Of a DNA stretch of 64,000 nt, positions 30,601-42,600 are shown piece after piece. The DNA comes from Macrostomum lignano (Eukaryota). A program made the translations under genes and the position numbers. Location: contig NIVC01000045.1 in NCBI GenBank assembly GCA_002269645.1, forward strand, positions 248,001 through 312,000, read 5' to 3'. The notes beneath the pieces are model-generated. The model ran no database searches. It worked only from the letters and a program-made list of their open reading frames with translations, and was not told the origin of the DNA. Within the stretch, counting starts at the first letter, position 1, and the number at the start of each line of letters is the position of its first letter.

Positions 30601-33600
30601 CTCTGATTGGCTGGAAGCGGAGTGGGATGGATGGTTTTGTCTCTGATTGGCTGGAAGCGGAGTGGGATGGATGGCTTTGTCTCTGATTGGCTGGAAGCGG
30701 AGTGGGATGGATGGTTTTGTCTCTGATTGGCTGGAAGCGGAGTGGGATGGATGGTTTTGTCTCTGATTGGCTGGAAGCGGAGTGGGATGGATGGCTTTGT
30801 CTCTGATTGGCTGGAAGCGGAGTGGGATGGATGGTTTTGTCTCTGATTGGCTGGAAGCGAAGTGGGATGGATGGTTTTGTCTCTGATTGGCTGGAAGCGG
30901 AGTGGATGGATGGTTTTGTCTCTGATTGCTTCAATACGAGCGTAAATTTCTGTAACGAATTTCAAAGATTCGAATTGCTGTTGCAGCAACTTCTTGTTCG
31001 CTGCTTTTCTAAGTAAATTCACTGATTTTTCCGAATGGAAAAACTTTTCGGTCAAAAATGAGAAAAGTTCAAAGTCGTGATCTTCAGCTTCCTGTTCGCC
31101 AGTGTGCTTGCAAGTTTGGGAATAATAATCGTGGACTTAATCGAGGTCTGTTCGTGCTTTTTTTAAATTACATGGTTTCTCAATTTTTGTTCTTATTGCT
31201 GCCCTGATTTGCAAAGCTTCTTGAAGTTTAGAAGTTTGTTCTATTTACACTTAAGGTGGCAACGACATACTGTATTCAAAAAATTTTAGAGACTATATTT
31301 TTTTCGATTACACTTTCTCGACAGACTTCTTATTTTTACGAAACAGTTTTTAAAGTTCTCGTTTTTTAATTTGTTAAAAATTGGTTGCATTGAAGCGATG
31401 TTGTGTCATAAGCCATCTCTGATTTGCTGCGAGCAAAGGAGTGAGGGGGTGTCAAAGCCGTTTCTGATTGGTTGCGAGCAAAGGAGTGAGGGGGTGTCAA
31501 AGCCGTTTCTGATTGGCTGCGAGCAAAGGAGTAAGGTGGGTGTCATGGCCGTCCCTGATTTGCTGCGAGCAAGGGAGTGAGGTGGGTGTCATGGCCATCT
31601 CTGATTGGCTGCGAAAAAGGGAGTGAGGTGGGTGTCATGGCCATCTGTGATTTGCTGCGAGCAAAGAAGTGAGGTGGGTGTCATAGCCATCTCTGATTTG
31701 CTGCGAACAAGGGAGTGAGGTGGGTGTCATGGCCGTCTTTGATTTGCTGCGAGCAAGGGAGTGGGGTGGGTGTCATGGCCGTCCCTGATTGGCTGCGAGC
31801 AAAGGAGTGAGGTGGGTGTCATGGCCGTCCCTGATTTGCTGCGAGCAAGGGAGTGGGGTGGGTGTCATGGCCGTCCCTGATTGGCTGCAAGCAAAGGAGT
31901 GAGGTGGGCGTCATGGCCGTCCCTGATTGGCTGCGAGCAAGGGAGTGAGGTGGGCGTCATGGCCGTCCCTGATTGGCTGCGAGCAAGGGAGTGAGGTGGG
32001 TGTCATGGCCGTCCCTGATTTGCTGCAAGCAAGGGAGTGAGGTGGGTGTCATGGCCGTCCCTGATTTGCTGCAAGCAAGGGAGTGAGGTGGGTGTCATGG
32101 CCGTCCCTGATTTGCTGCAAGCAAGGGAGTGAGGTGGGCGTCATGGCTGTCCCTGATTGGCTGCGAGCAAGGGAGTGAGGTGGGTGTCATGGCCGTCCCT
32201 GATTTGCTGCAAGCAAGGGAGTGAGGTGGGTGTCATGGCCGTCCCTGATTTGCTGCAAGCAAGGGAGTGAGGTGGGTGTCATGGCCGTTTCTGATTTGCT
32301 GGTAAAAACCAACTCCAAATTCAATTCCGATACCCGCAGGACTTCACGGTGGACATGTACTTCCGCCAGCGGTGGCAGGACAAGCGCCTGGCATTCGCCA
32401 GCTACCTGAAAGGTCGCGAGGACGAGCTTGAAGGCAGCGTCAACATCGCCGAGGAAATGCTGCACAAAATCTGGTGGCCCGACACATTTTTCGCCAACGC
32501 AAAGAAGTCCGAGTTCCATCACGCCACCACAAGGAACGCTTTCCTGCGGATTGACAGCCTGGGAAATGTCTTCCACAGCCTCAGGTGCGGTCTGGGAGCG
32601 GAGCGAGAGAGAGCTACTCAATGAGTAGACCCTCAGTCGGAGAGAAGGCAAGCAGTCATGCCCCATTCCGCTGAGCCTTAGGCCGCACACAAGCTCACAC
32701 AGCGGCCTTGACTTTCTTATTGGCTGGCAGTGTACAGTCTCTTTTCCTTGGAGGTTGGCACTCTGAGGCGCGAATCGCAGAACAAGACATAAGCCTATTA
32801 ATTTGTGCGACTTAGATTCAGAGTGAGAATGAGAGTGAGAGTGAGAAAGTGAGATTGAGATTGAAAGAGTGAGGGTGAGAGAGAGTGAGAGAGAGAGAGA
32901 GAGTGAGAGTGTGAGAGTGAGGGTGAGAGAGAGAGTGAGTGTGAGAGTAAGAGTAAGAGAGAGTGAGGGTGAGAGTGTGAGAGTGAGAGTGAGAGAGTGA
33001 GAGTGACACTGAGAGTGTCAGTGAGAGTGACAGTTCACGCAGCACAAAAGAGCTACTCAAGCCGGCAAACATCAGGACTCAATACAGCTAGCAGCTCAAG
33101 GGGAGGCTGGGGCAGGGCAGGATGAAGCTGCCTTCAACTCAGCATTGGCGCTGTCAATTTCGCATAGATGCGATCCTGAGTATCTCAAAAGTGGCACTTC
33201 AAAACTTGCCAATTTGAATGCATGTCGCGCTTTAGCCTTAATTTTACTAAATGGATTTCCGTTGCCAATTAGTTTGGGCTGAAATTTCGGAGGCAGTTTT
33301 GGTCAATTAGTGATAAAAGCTGCAGCGCTAGAGAGGGATATTGCTCATTGAGGTAAGGCTTTGCAATTATGGCCGTTACATCCTCCCGCTTTCAAAGGCC
33401 GTTTTTCATAGATTAATCAATTTAGTGAATGGAAATGCGATTTTGTACTTAGGTGTTTTAGGAATGCAAATAGGGGATATGTAAATGCGAATAGGGGACC
33501 TGTAAATGCGAATAGGGGACCTGTGAATGCGAATAGGGGATCTGTGAATGCGAATAGGGGACCTGTGAATGCGAATAGGGGATGTGTGAATGCGAGTAGG

Positions 33601-36600
33601 GGATGTGTGAATGCGAATAGGGGACCTGTGAATGCGAATAGGGGATCTGTGAATGCGAATAGGGGACCTGTGAATGCGAATAGGGGACCTGTGAGTGCGA
33701 ATAGGGGATGTGTGAATGCGAGTAGGGGATGTGTGAATGCGAATAGGGGACCTGTGAATGCGAATAGGGGATCTGTGAATGCGAATAGGGGACCTGTGAA
33801 TGCGAATAGGGTATCTGTGAATGCGAATAGGCGATGTGTGAATGCGAATAGGGGATCTGTGAATGTGAATAGGGGATCTGTGAATGCGAATAGGGGATCT
33901 GTGAATGCGAATAGGGGACCTGTGAATGCGAATAGGGGATGTGTGAATGCGAGTAGGGGATGTGTGAATGCGAGTAGGGGATGTGTGAATGCGATTTAAG
34001 GGACCTGTGAATGCGAATAGGGGACCTGTGAATGCGAATAGGGGACCTGTGAATGCGAATAGGGGATGTATGAATGCAAATAGAGTGTCTGTGAATGCGA
34101 AAAGGGAACTTTGAATACAAATATGGGATTCGAGAATGGGAATATGTAATCTGTGAATCGGAATAAGAGATCTGCGAATGGAAATGTGAAATCTGTGAAT
34201 GGGAATATGTGATATGTGAATTGGATATTGGGATCTGTGAATGATAACGGGGGATCTATGAATGAGAAGACATCTTACTTGACTTACTTGACTTAGCTGC
34301 AGGGTGGTCCGTAGACACAGCGGGGAGGCGAGGGTCGCCCATTCCGCTAGCCCCTGAAGGCCCGCAGACAGGCAGAGGCGTGGGGCCGGTCAGGGTGGTC
34401 CGCCGGTCCGTCCTGCAGCGTGATCTTCCGTTGGGAAGAAACTGGCTCGTCTAGTCGCCCGAAGGAACTGGATGAGCCGTGGGATGCTGTCGGGCTGACA
34501 AACCTCGTCAATGGACGGGTTCGGCCCGAGGTAGCGTAGCCGGTCTCTGTTAAAGAAAGGGCAGTGACAGACAAAGTGCTGAGCATCTTCATTGTCGCAC
34601 TCGCAAAAGGGGCAAATTTCGCTCTCGAGGTCGCCTCGGAGGAAGCAGTGCCTGGCGAGGTAGCCATGGCCGGTAAGGGTCATGACAAGGGCTCGAATAT
34701 CCTTCCGATTCTGGTTCAGAAGGATGTTTCTGAGCCTGTGAGACGGGCAAGGAACCGCGGCACGAGATTGCCGGCAGTTTTGGGTGCCCGCCCATCTGTC
34801 CCTGTGGAGGGAGTCAGCCCAGTCGTCGATCTGACGATTGATGACTGTCAAGGGCATAGGGACCAGGGGGGCAGGGCCGAAAAAAGAGCCAGAGCCGCCC
34901 CTCTTGGCGAGGGTGTCTGCCAGCTCGTTCCCCGGAAACCCTGCGTGCCCTGGGATCCACTTCAGCCTGACAGTATTGCTTCTGGCCAGGAGGTTGAGCT
35001 GCCGGGCGCAGTCGGCGACTGTCCGGGAGTTCGTTGTGGTGTGGCAAAGGGCCTGTAAGGCCGCTTGGCTGTCGGAGTGGATGACAATAGTCTTTCCTCT
35101 CGTAACCTTGGCGTTTAGCTCTGCAGCGCAAGAGCTGATGGCAAGGACTTCGTTCTGGAAGACTGTGGAGAGTCTACCAGTGTGCTGGGCATGCGTGGCA
35201 ATTACGCGGCCGTTGATGATGATGCAGACCCCAAAGCCGGCGCGACCGTCTTTGATGGATCCGTCCGTGTAGCAATGGACCTCCTGGAAATTCCAGTGGT
35301 CATTGGCAGCATCCCTAGAGGGGATGGTGACCTTGTAGCGCTGAAAGAGGTTGAGAGTGCGGGGTTCGCCGTCAGATAGGACGTGGAGCCCGCCGCTGTC
35401 TCTCAAGTCCTTGAGGCAGAGGTCAGCGTGGGGCAGAAGCTTGCGCTTAGCCATGGCCCTATGGGGCTGGATTCGAATGCCAGCGTCAGCTAGACGGCGG
35501 GCAGTCTTAGCCGCTTCCCTGCGGACAAAGATGTCCAGCGGAGGAATGTTGAGGAAGGCGTTGAGGCCATCGTAAGGAGCAGACGGAGGGGCGCTCATGA
35601 TCGTGCGACAAGCGCGCCCTTGCGCTCTCCTGAGAGCCTCTAGACAGGTCTTTATCTGCAGGGCGCTAGCCCAGATCAGGCCGCCATACGAGATAGCGGG
35701 CCTAACCATTGCAGTGTAGATCCACCAGAGGCGCTTGGGGTGAGCCCCCAGGTGGTGCCGACGGCCCTGCGCAATTGCGCGAGGACTGCGAAGGCCTTTT
35801 TGGCTTTTGTTTGAACGTGGGGAGACCAGTTCAGCCTGTGGTCCAGGGTAATACCCAGACATTTAGTCTGCTTGCAGAAGGGGATTTCCCTTCCGTAAAG
35901 CGTGAGCGGCCGAATCTGCCACTTGGTCCTGCTGGTGAACATGATCGCTGCGGTCTTAGTCTCAGAGAGCCTTAAACCACAGCGGTCCGCCCATTGCTCA
36001 GCAGCGTAGATGAAGTTCTGAAGAAGGTCCCTGAGGGTATCAGGGGACGGACCAGATGCCACCGCGGTGACATCGTCCGCATATCCAACTTTCAGAATGG
36101 GGTCAGGCCGAACATCCCGGAGGAGCTCATCGATGACCATATTCCAGAGAACTGGAGACAGCACCCCACCTTGCGGGCTACCTTTGCAGACGGGGACCGT
36201 CCTCTGGTAGCCCAGCAGACTGGCGGTGGCCGTGCGATGGCTGATCATGTACATGATCCATCTGGTGAGATGTGAGTGCGTTAGCCTCTCACAAAGAGCT
36301 CTTCGGAACGCCTCAAAGAGGACGTTATCGAAGGCGCCAATGATGTCCAGGAAGATCCCCAGAGCAAAGCCACTACCAAGCACGGCCTTCTCGAGTTTAT
36401 CGACCAGGACGTGCAGCGCGCTTTCAGTGGAGCGACCCGCCCGAAAAGCGTGCTGGTTCTCGCTGAGAGGTTTGTTCTTCAGCTCAACAGAGAGAAGGCG
36501 CCAAAGCACCAGTCTCTCCATCAGCTTGACCAGGGAGGAGGTCAAGCTGATCGGTCTGAAGGATTTGATAGAATGGTAGTCCGGGCGGCCTGGCTTAGGG

Positions 36601-39600
36601 ATAAAGATCACCTTTGCCTCGGTCCATGCCTGCGGGACATAACCAAGCGTGATGCATGCCCGAAGAAGGCTGCAAAGTTTGCGCAGGAAGCCTGGGCATT
36701 TAACCGCCTCTCTTAGAAGGGCCGGTACAATGCCGTCGGGTCCTGGGGCTTTGAAAGGCTTGAAGGAATTTGCCGCTCTCACAATGCGGTCCTCCGTGAT
36801 GATAGATGCAGCCAGCGCGTGACCTCCCTCCGAGTGATCCGGAGTGGTCTGGTTAGCTGGCTCGTTAGGGAAAAACGCAGTGAGCATTACATCAAGCGTT
36901 TCCCCTGGGTTGTCCGTGGACGTACCGTCGGTGCGTTTGACCGAGGAGAGCTTAGACATTTTGTCCAGCGTGAGCGCTTTCACAACTCTGGAGGTGGGGC
37001 GTGAGCCCTCTAGCTCCTCACAGTATTGTCGCCATTTTTGAGCCTTTGCATTCCTAACCTGCCTTTTAAACTCATGAATTGCTTCATGATAGGCGGTTTG
37101 GTCTGCAGGGCTCTTAGTTTTAGTTGCTCTGCGGTGGAGTCTCTTAGCCCTGCGACGGAGGTTGCCGAGCTCGGGATTCCACCACGGCGCCGATTTTTTC
37201 CCTTTATAGGCTTTTAAAGGGCAGGACGCCTCAAAGGCGGCGGTTAGCGTCTCTGTCAAAACAGTCGCGCACTCATCCGCCTCTCGGCACGACGTGATCG
37301 TGGATGGTTGGCCAGGAGACCGATGGAATTCCTTCAGGGCGAGCCCGAAGGTTTCCCAATCCGTATTTCTGGCGTTCCGTCTCCACATAACACGAGTTGC
37401 GCTACGCGCGGCCATTAGGTTGAAGGAGATGAACTTGTGATCCGATAGTGAGGACACTGGAAGCACCCGCCACGCCCCAATACTCTGGTAGAGTCTGGGC
37501 GTTGCGAGCGTAGCGTCGATCACCTCCGACCACCGTCCGTTGTCAAAGGTAGGGGTGGACCCAGAGTTGCAGAACTCGAGGGTCGTAGAGGCAACGTAGG
37601 CTAGGAGGTCTTCGCCTCTCTGATTAATGCCAGTGCTGCCCCAGTGAGTGTGGTGGGCGTTGATGTCGCCGGCAACCATGAGCTCGTAGTTTTTGGCAGA
37701 GCAGAGCTCTACCAGCGTAGCGAGGGCTCTGGGGACGACCGCAGCATCGCCTGGTAGGTAAACCGAGGCAATGAGGGTGGTCTTCCCAGGAAGAAGGTCC
37801 TCGGATTGGATGACGCAGATGTCCCTGTTGGACAGGTCCGATCTGAGCCACGCACTGAGCGTTTTGCTCGCAAAGATGCAAGCTCTGGGAGGCTGGTTGG
37901 CCTCGCGAGGGTAAGTATAAAAACAATTGTAGCCAGCAGGGGCGTTTTGAGGCTTACCTCTGAGAGTCCAGGGTTCCTGGACGAGGATGAGCCCCGGCTT
38001 GTCGAGCTCGGCGTAACGCATAAGGTTGACCGAGGCTGCGACGCAGTGCTGCAGATTAATCTGCAGGCAATGGATTCCCTGGTTGCTGATCATTATCACG
38101 CAGTTGGGGAATCGTTGAGCAGGTCATCCTCCTCCTTTTCAGTGGTGGGTGACCCGCAGACCTCCATGGGAGTTTCAGCGTCCTCAGCAGTTAGGGTGGC
38201 TGTGGAGTCCTCCGCGGACGTGAGCCCAGCGTGGACGTTACCGTCGCCTCTCCTGCGTGCTTCGGTGCTGTCACTGCCCGTCCCCTCTGCCTCGTCGGTC
38301 AGGTCGATGCGGGTGGCGCCAGCCTCCTGGTGAGTCACAGACTCGAACCAGTCGGTCGGAGCCTCCCCGCTTAGAGTCTGGCCTTCTGGCTGTTGGGGTG
38401 GAGCGCGAGAAGCGCGGGCCCGCTCACGATGCGCACGAAGGTTCTTGGCCTGGTCCAGCGCGCGCTGGATCAGGCCGGACCTCCGGGTGCTCCTGGCGGG
38501 TCTGCGATTGCGATTTCCGGTTTCAGCAGCGCGAACTGCCTTACCGGGCATAGGATCGGCCGTTTGCCTCGGCTTCTTTGCCGGAGGAGCCTGGGCCCCA
38601 GTTCCGGTTTCGGAAGCTTTGGCATTCTTGGCTTCATCAGCTTTCCGCTCCTCGCAACGGAGGATGGTCAGCTGAGTCAGACCAATATGAATTGTGGACT
38701 TAGGCGGCAAGCGCTTAGCCCAGTCATCAGAGAGCCCTAGGATCACCGTAGCCCCCTTCTCCTTGCGGGAAGTGGCGTGGTGTAGGAGCCCGTTGACCTT
38801 AAGGTCGGGGTGCAGCTTTAGCAATATTTGCCTAAGCTGATCTCCGGACTTAATGGCACTGCCGGCCGGGATCCAGACGCGAAAGCGCTGGGTCTTCTGT
38901 CGTTCGCCCTCGCTGGCGAAGACGAGCTTGCCGAGCTTCTTGGGCCAGTTCAGCTTTGGCAGAAGCTCGCGTAGATTGCGGCTGCTCTCCTCCGAGCTGC
39001 ACCAGATGAAGATGCAGCCGTCGGTCTTGGCAGACTTGACCACGCTCACAGGGCGGCCCGCCAGGAGCTGGTCGATGAGCGCAGCATCGATGGTGCGCCA
39101 GGCACTGTCGAGCTCGTCGGCCGTGAGGTCCTGCTCTTCCCGAAGACGATGACCGCCGGTTGGAGCTTGACCTTTGAGGCGTAGTTGGTGGCGGCGGTTC
39201 CCGAAGGCCCGGCCGCGCTTGTAGCAGGTATACTGGGTGGCTCACCAGCGGGGGTTGTATCCTGGGGGGCAGGGGTTGCTGTGGTTCCTTTCGGCCCAAC
39301 AGCAGCCTCGCCCTCCCTAGGTTCCCCCTCCGCCGGTGGCCGGCCCGCAGTACCCCGTAGTCGCCGTCGCCGCTCGTTGCGGCGTTGGTTGCGGGTGCGT
39401 CGGGCTTCAGCGGAGGGCCCGGTTGCGCGTGCGGGCATGTCACCAGCCGAGCCGGCGGCAAGCCCATCTGCCCCCGGTGGGGCGGCGCTGGTGCCAGAGT
39501 CACCGGCCGGAGTTGCCGGGGCCCCGGCTTCAGCGGGGGTTAAAGAGGCGGATGACGCCATAGCTGAAAGCGGGAAGGAGTGAGCTGAGTCACAAAAGAA

Positions 39601-42600
39601 AGAGGAAAGAAGAAAAAGAAAAGGACCGCTAGCGACCGGACAACCCCCGGCCTTCCAGCCCATCGGCACGGTCAAACACCTTAGGCATTAGGGGGTACGT
39701 TAAGCAGTACCACGGCCTGCAGGCTGGCAAGCCAGACCCGCATACCCAAATTCGGCCGAAGCCACTGGATGGGTCGCCAGCGTCGGAGCCCAGTCTGTCC
39801 AGCAGCCCTAGGGTCTGCCTTGAACACACGCGGGGACGAGTACCCTGGGTCGACTTGTGAAACAGCGTGAGGGGGGGGGGTCTGCGGCTGCCAGCGGCAA
39901 ATAGCGGGTGCAGACCTCCCTCTCCAGCCTTGACCTGCTGAATATAGGGGCAGGCGTGAAGCATCGCAGACCGTAGCCCTTAGGCCTGGTCTGTCTCATA
40001 CTTCACTGGCGTGCTGAATACACCTTCGCGTGCATGAGAAGACATCAGTAAATATATGAGCCTAGTCATATATGAGTTTTAAAAAACTTCAGTACAATGA
40101 CATTAATTATTACATGTATATAGATAAGTATTGCACTATTAGATCGTCACAGATAAAGCCTTCAACAGGGATCTGCAGCATTTCACACTCTTTCTCCCTT
40201 CAAATCGGTCAGTCGATTTTGTCCCCCCCCAAATAGTGGAGCAAACTTGAGCAATTCGCTCATGAAGATGCAGCATCCGTTAGCTAATATAATCCAGCCT
40301 CCCGTTGCTTCTTGCAGACTTTCTTTGCAGAGATACTCCTTGCACAGAACACCACAGACCCCCGGGCGGTCTTTCTTGACTTCTTCTCTGCTTATCCCAA
40401 AACGGGATATCCTTGCCGCAAGGGAGATTCAGCGAACTTGCCAACGGACTCGCTGAGTATTCCTTTAGACTCGGTGAGTCCTGTCGGTCTCTGTCCGACT
40501 GACAGCAGCTTCTCAAAAGAGGAAGTCACACAGTCGGTTTGAGAAGTTAAACTGGCTGCGGGGCAAGGCAGTCTGATCCCTCTGGGATGGAGGGGAACGC
40601 CGCCTCAGTGAGAGGGAGTTTATTTAATTTTTCACAGCCTCTCGAGCTGCATCTCGGACTCAGAGCGGCTCCAGCAGTCATCTGCATCAACATTTTGATC
40701 AAAGTTTTTTTTGATGGAACTTTAATAACATTCATTCTTCGCCCGGTTGCAAATTGAAATTCAACTCTCGATGATGAAATAAAATTTAAGTGACCTGTTC
40801 GATTCTAATTCAAATCGAAAGTTCGAGCATAGGAAACATGGGAAAATGACCTTGATTGTCACTTCTGGAGCTGGCGCCCCTTGGTGCTAAAGCCCCTTGG
40901 TGCTAAAGCCCCTTGGTGCTAAAGCCCCTTGGTTCTAAAGCCCCTTGGTGCTAAAGCCCCTTGGTGCTAAAGCCCCTTGGTGCTAAAGCCCCTTGGTGCT
41001 AAAGCCCCTTGGTGCTAAAGCCCCTTGGTGCTAAAGCCCCTTGGTGCTAAAGCCCTTGGTGCTAAAGCCCCTTGGTGCTAAAGCCCCTTGGTGCTAAAGC
41101 CCCTTGGTGCTAAAGCCCCTTGGTGCTAAAGCCCCTTGGTGCTAAAGCCCCTTGGTGCTAAAGCCCCTTGGTGCTAAAGCCCCTTGGTGCTAAAGCCCCT
41201 TGGTGCTAAAGCCCCTTGGTGCTAAAGCCCCTTGGTGCTAAAGCCCCTTGGTGCTAAAGCCCTTGGTGCTAAAGCCCCTTGGTGCTAAAGCCCCTTGGTG
41301 CTAAAGCCCCTTGGTGCTAAAGCATTAACAAAAGACATTGGCATCAGCTAAAATACCAGCAATTAAAGGTGCTGGCGCCCCTTGGTACTTCAGAATAGAC
41401 CAAACCAGACCGACAAAAAATATTAAAGGCTCTCAGATCAACAGTGTATTATATAGATAGTGCTATTTTTAGCAATTAGCGATGCACTTCTGTTTTATCC
41501 GTTGGAGTGCAGGCATTTTCTAAGAAAAAAAGCAAAATTTCAGTGGTTAGTGCTGCAGAAAAAAATTGGTAAGTTGTGTTGCATCTTGCAGATTACAGTT
41601 ACAGTTGTTAAAATGAATGCTCTGCTTAAGATATAATGAAAAAAAATTTTCACGTTTGCAGATCAGAAATGCTTTCCAGTGTACATGCAGGTTTAGAAAA
41701 CTAACAAAAAATCTACACTGGCTAAATCAATAAGTAACTCTTTGTAGTCTTTGTTACTGAAAAAAGAGTTGTTTTGGTGCTGTATGGTCTTTGTTATCGC
41801 AGTGGGAGTGAGTTGGGTGTTATGGCTAATATATGTTATCGAGAGAGACTGAGGTGGGTGCTATAGCTAGTCTTTGTTAGCGCAATGGGAGTGAGGTGGG
41901 TGTTATAGCTAGTCTTTGTTATCGCAGTGGGAGTGAGGTGGGTGTTATAGCTAGTCTTTGTTATCGCAGTGGGAGTGAGGTGGGTGTTATAGCTAGTCTT
42001 TGTTATCGCAGTGGGAGTGAGGTGGGTGTTATAGCTAGTCTTTGTTATCGAAGACGGAGTGAAGTGGCTGTTAAAGCTTAGCTAGTCTTTGTTATCGAAG
42101 ACGGAGTGAGGTGGATATTGTATTTTTTGTAAACGCAATGAGAATAATTTTGTTTCTGTACGATCCTAGTTAGGGTGTAAGGGTCCACCAATTCAGTAAG
42201 TCCTGCAGTCTTTGTCATTTCTAGTACAAGAGTGTGGCTTCAATTAGATGCAGACTTGGGCAAACTGCCTTTCACAGTTTTGTGCGAATGCCGCTCAGCC
42301 TCCAGCATCATCTCCCGATGTCGTTCGGTCTCTGCCAGAGTGGGATCAATCAGCCTGTCTAAATATCCCGGATCCTGGAAGTAATTCATTCTTGGCAACG
42401 GCTTTGTGGTTGAATTGGGCATCATCACGCCTTTGTAGGTTCGATTTTTCTGAGCCGGGCGGAAGATGGTGTTGCGGAATGACAGGCAGTTGCCGAAGGA
42501 GGTCGTGTAGGCGCCGTCAATTTCGCGCTTGTCGATAATCCAGTCACTGCGAGGTCGCTCCGCCACCATGTCCATGAGAGTGGAGGGGACTGCGGGTTTG

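Larger units (their letters stand above)
34275..40033 (-). mobile_element. Full-length non-LTR retrotransposon (LOA/R1-like; ORF1 + APE-RT-RNaseH-CCHC ORF2), 5759 bp, antisense in RDL intron 4
   Basis: 13-bp TSD ATGAGAAGACATC at 34262-34274 and 40034-40046, a 3' tail of two 9-nt TAAGTCAAG units, and both ORFs present. Confidence 0.95.

Noticed and set aside
29165-32339. Mutually exclusive alternative exons as in insect Rdl
   Set aside because: I found no duplicate of exon 3 or exon 6 sequence in the introns by eye.
39138-39145. Programmed -1 frameshift in ORF1
   Set aside because: CGGGAAG is not an X XXY YYZ heptamer. A 1-bp deletion or sequencing error is simpler, as at the ORF2 break.
39660-40033. 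Hammerhead ribozyme in the element 5' UTR
   Set aside because: I found no CUGANGA/GAAA core on either strand; the HDV-like fold explains the region.
40247-40735. Possible degenerate transposase fragment ([15 protein letters not shown] resembles a piggyBac Cys-rich tail)
   Set aside because: It requires several frameshifts, has no catalytic motifs or TIRs, and is too weak to call.
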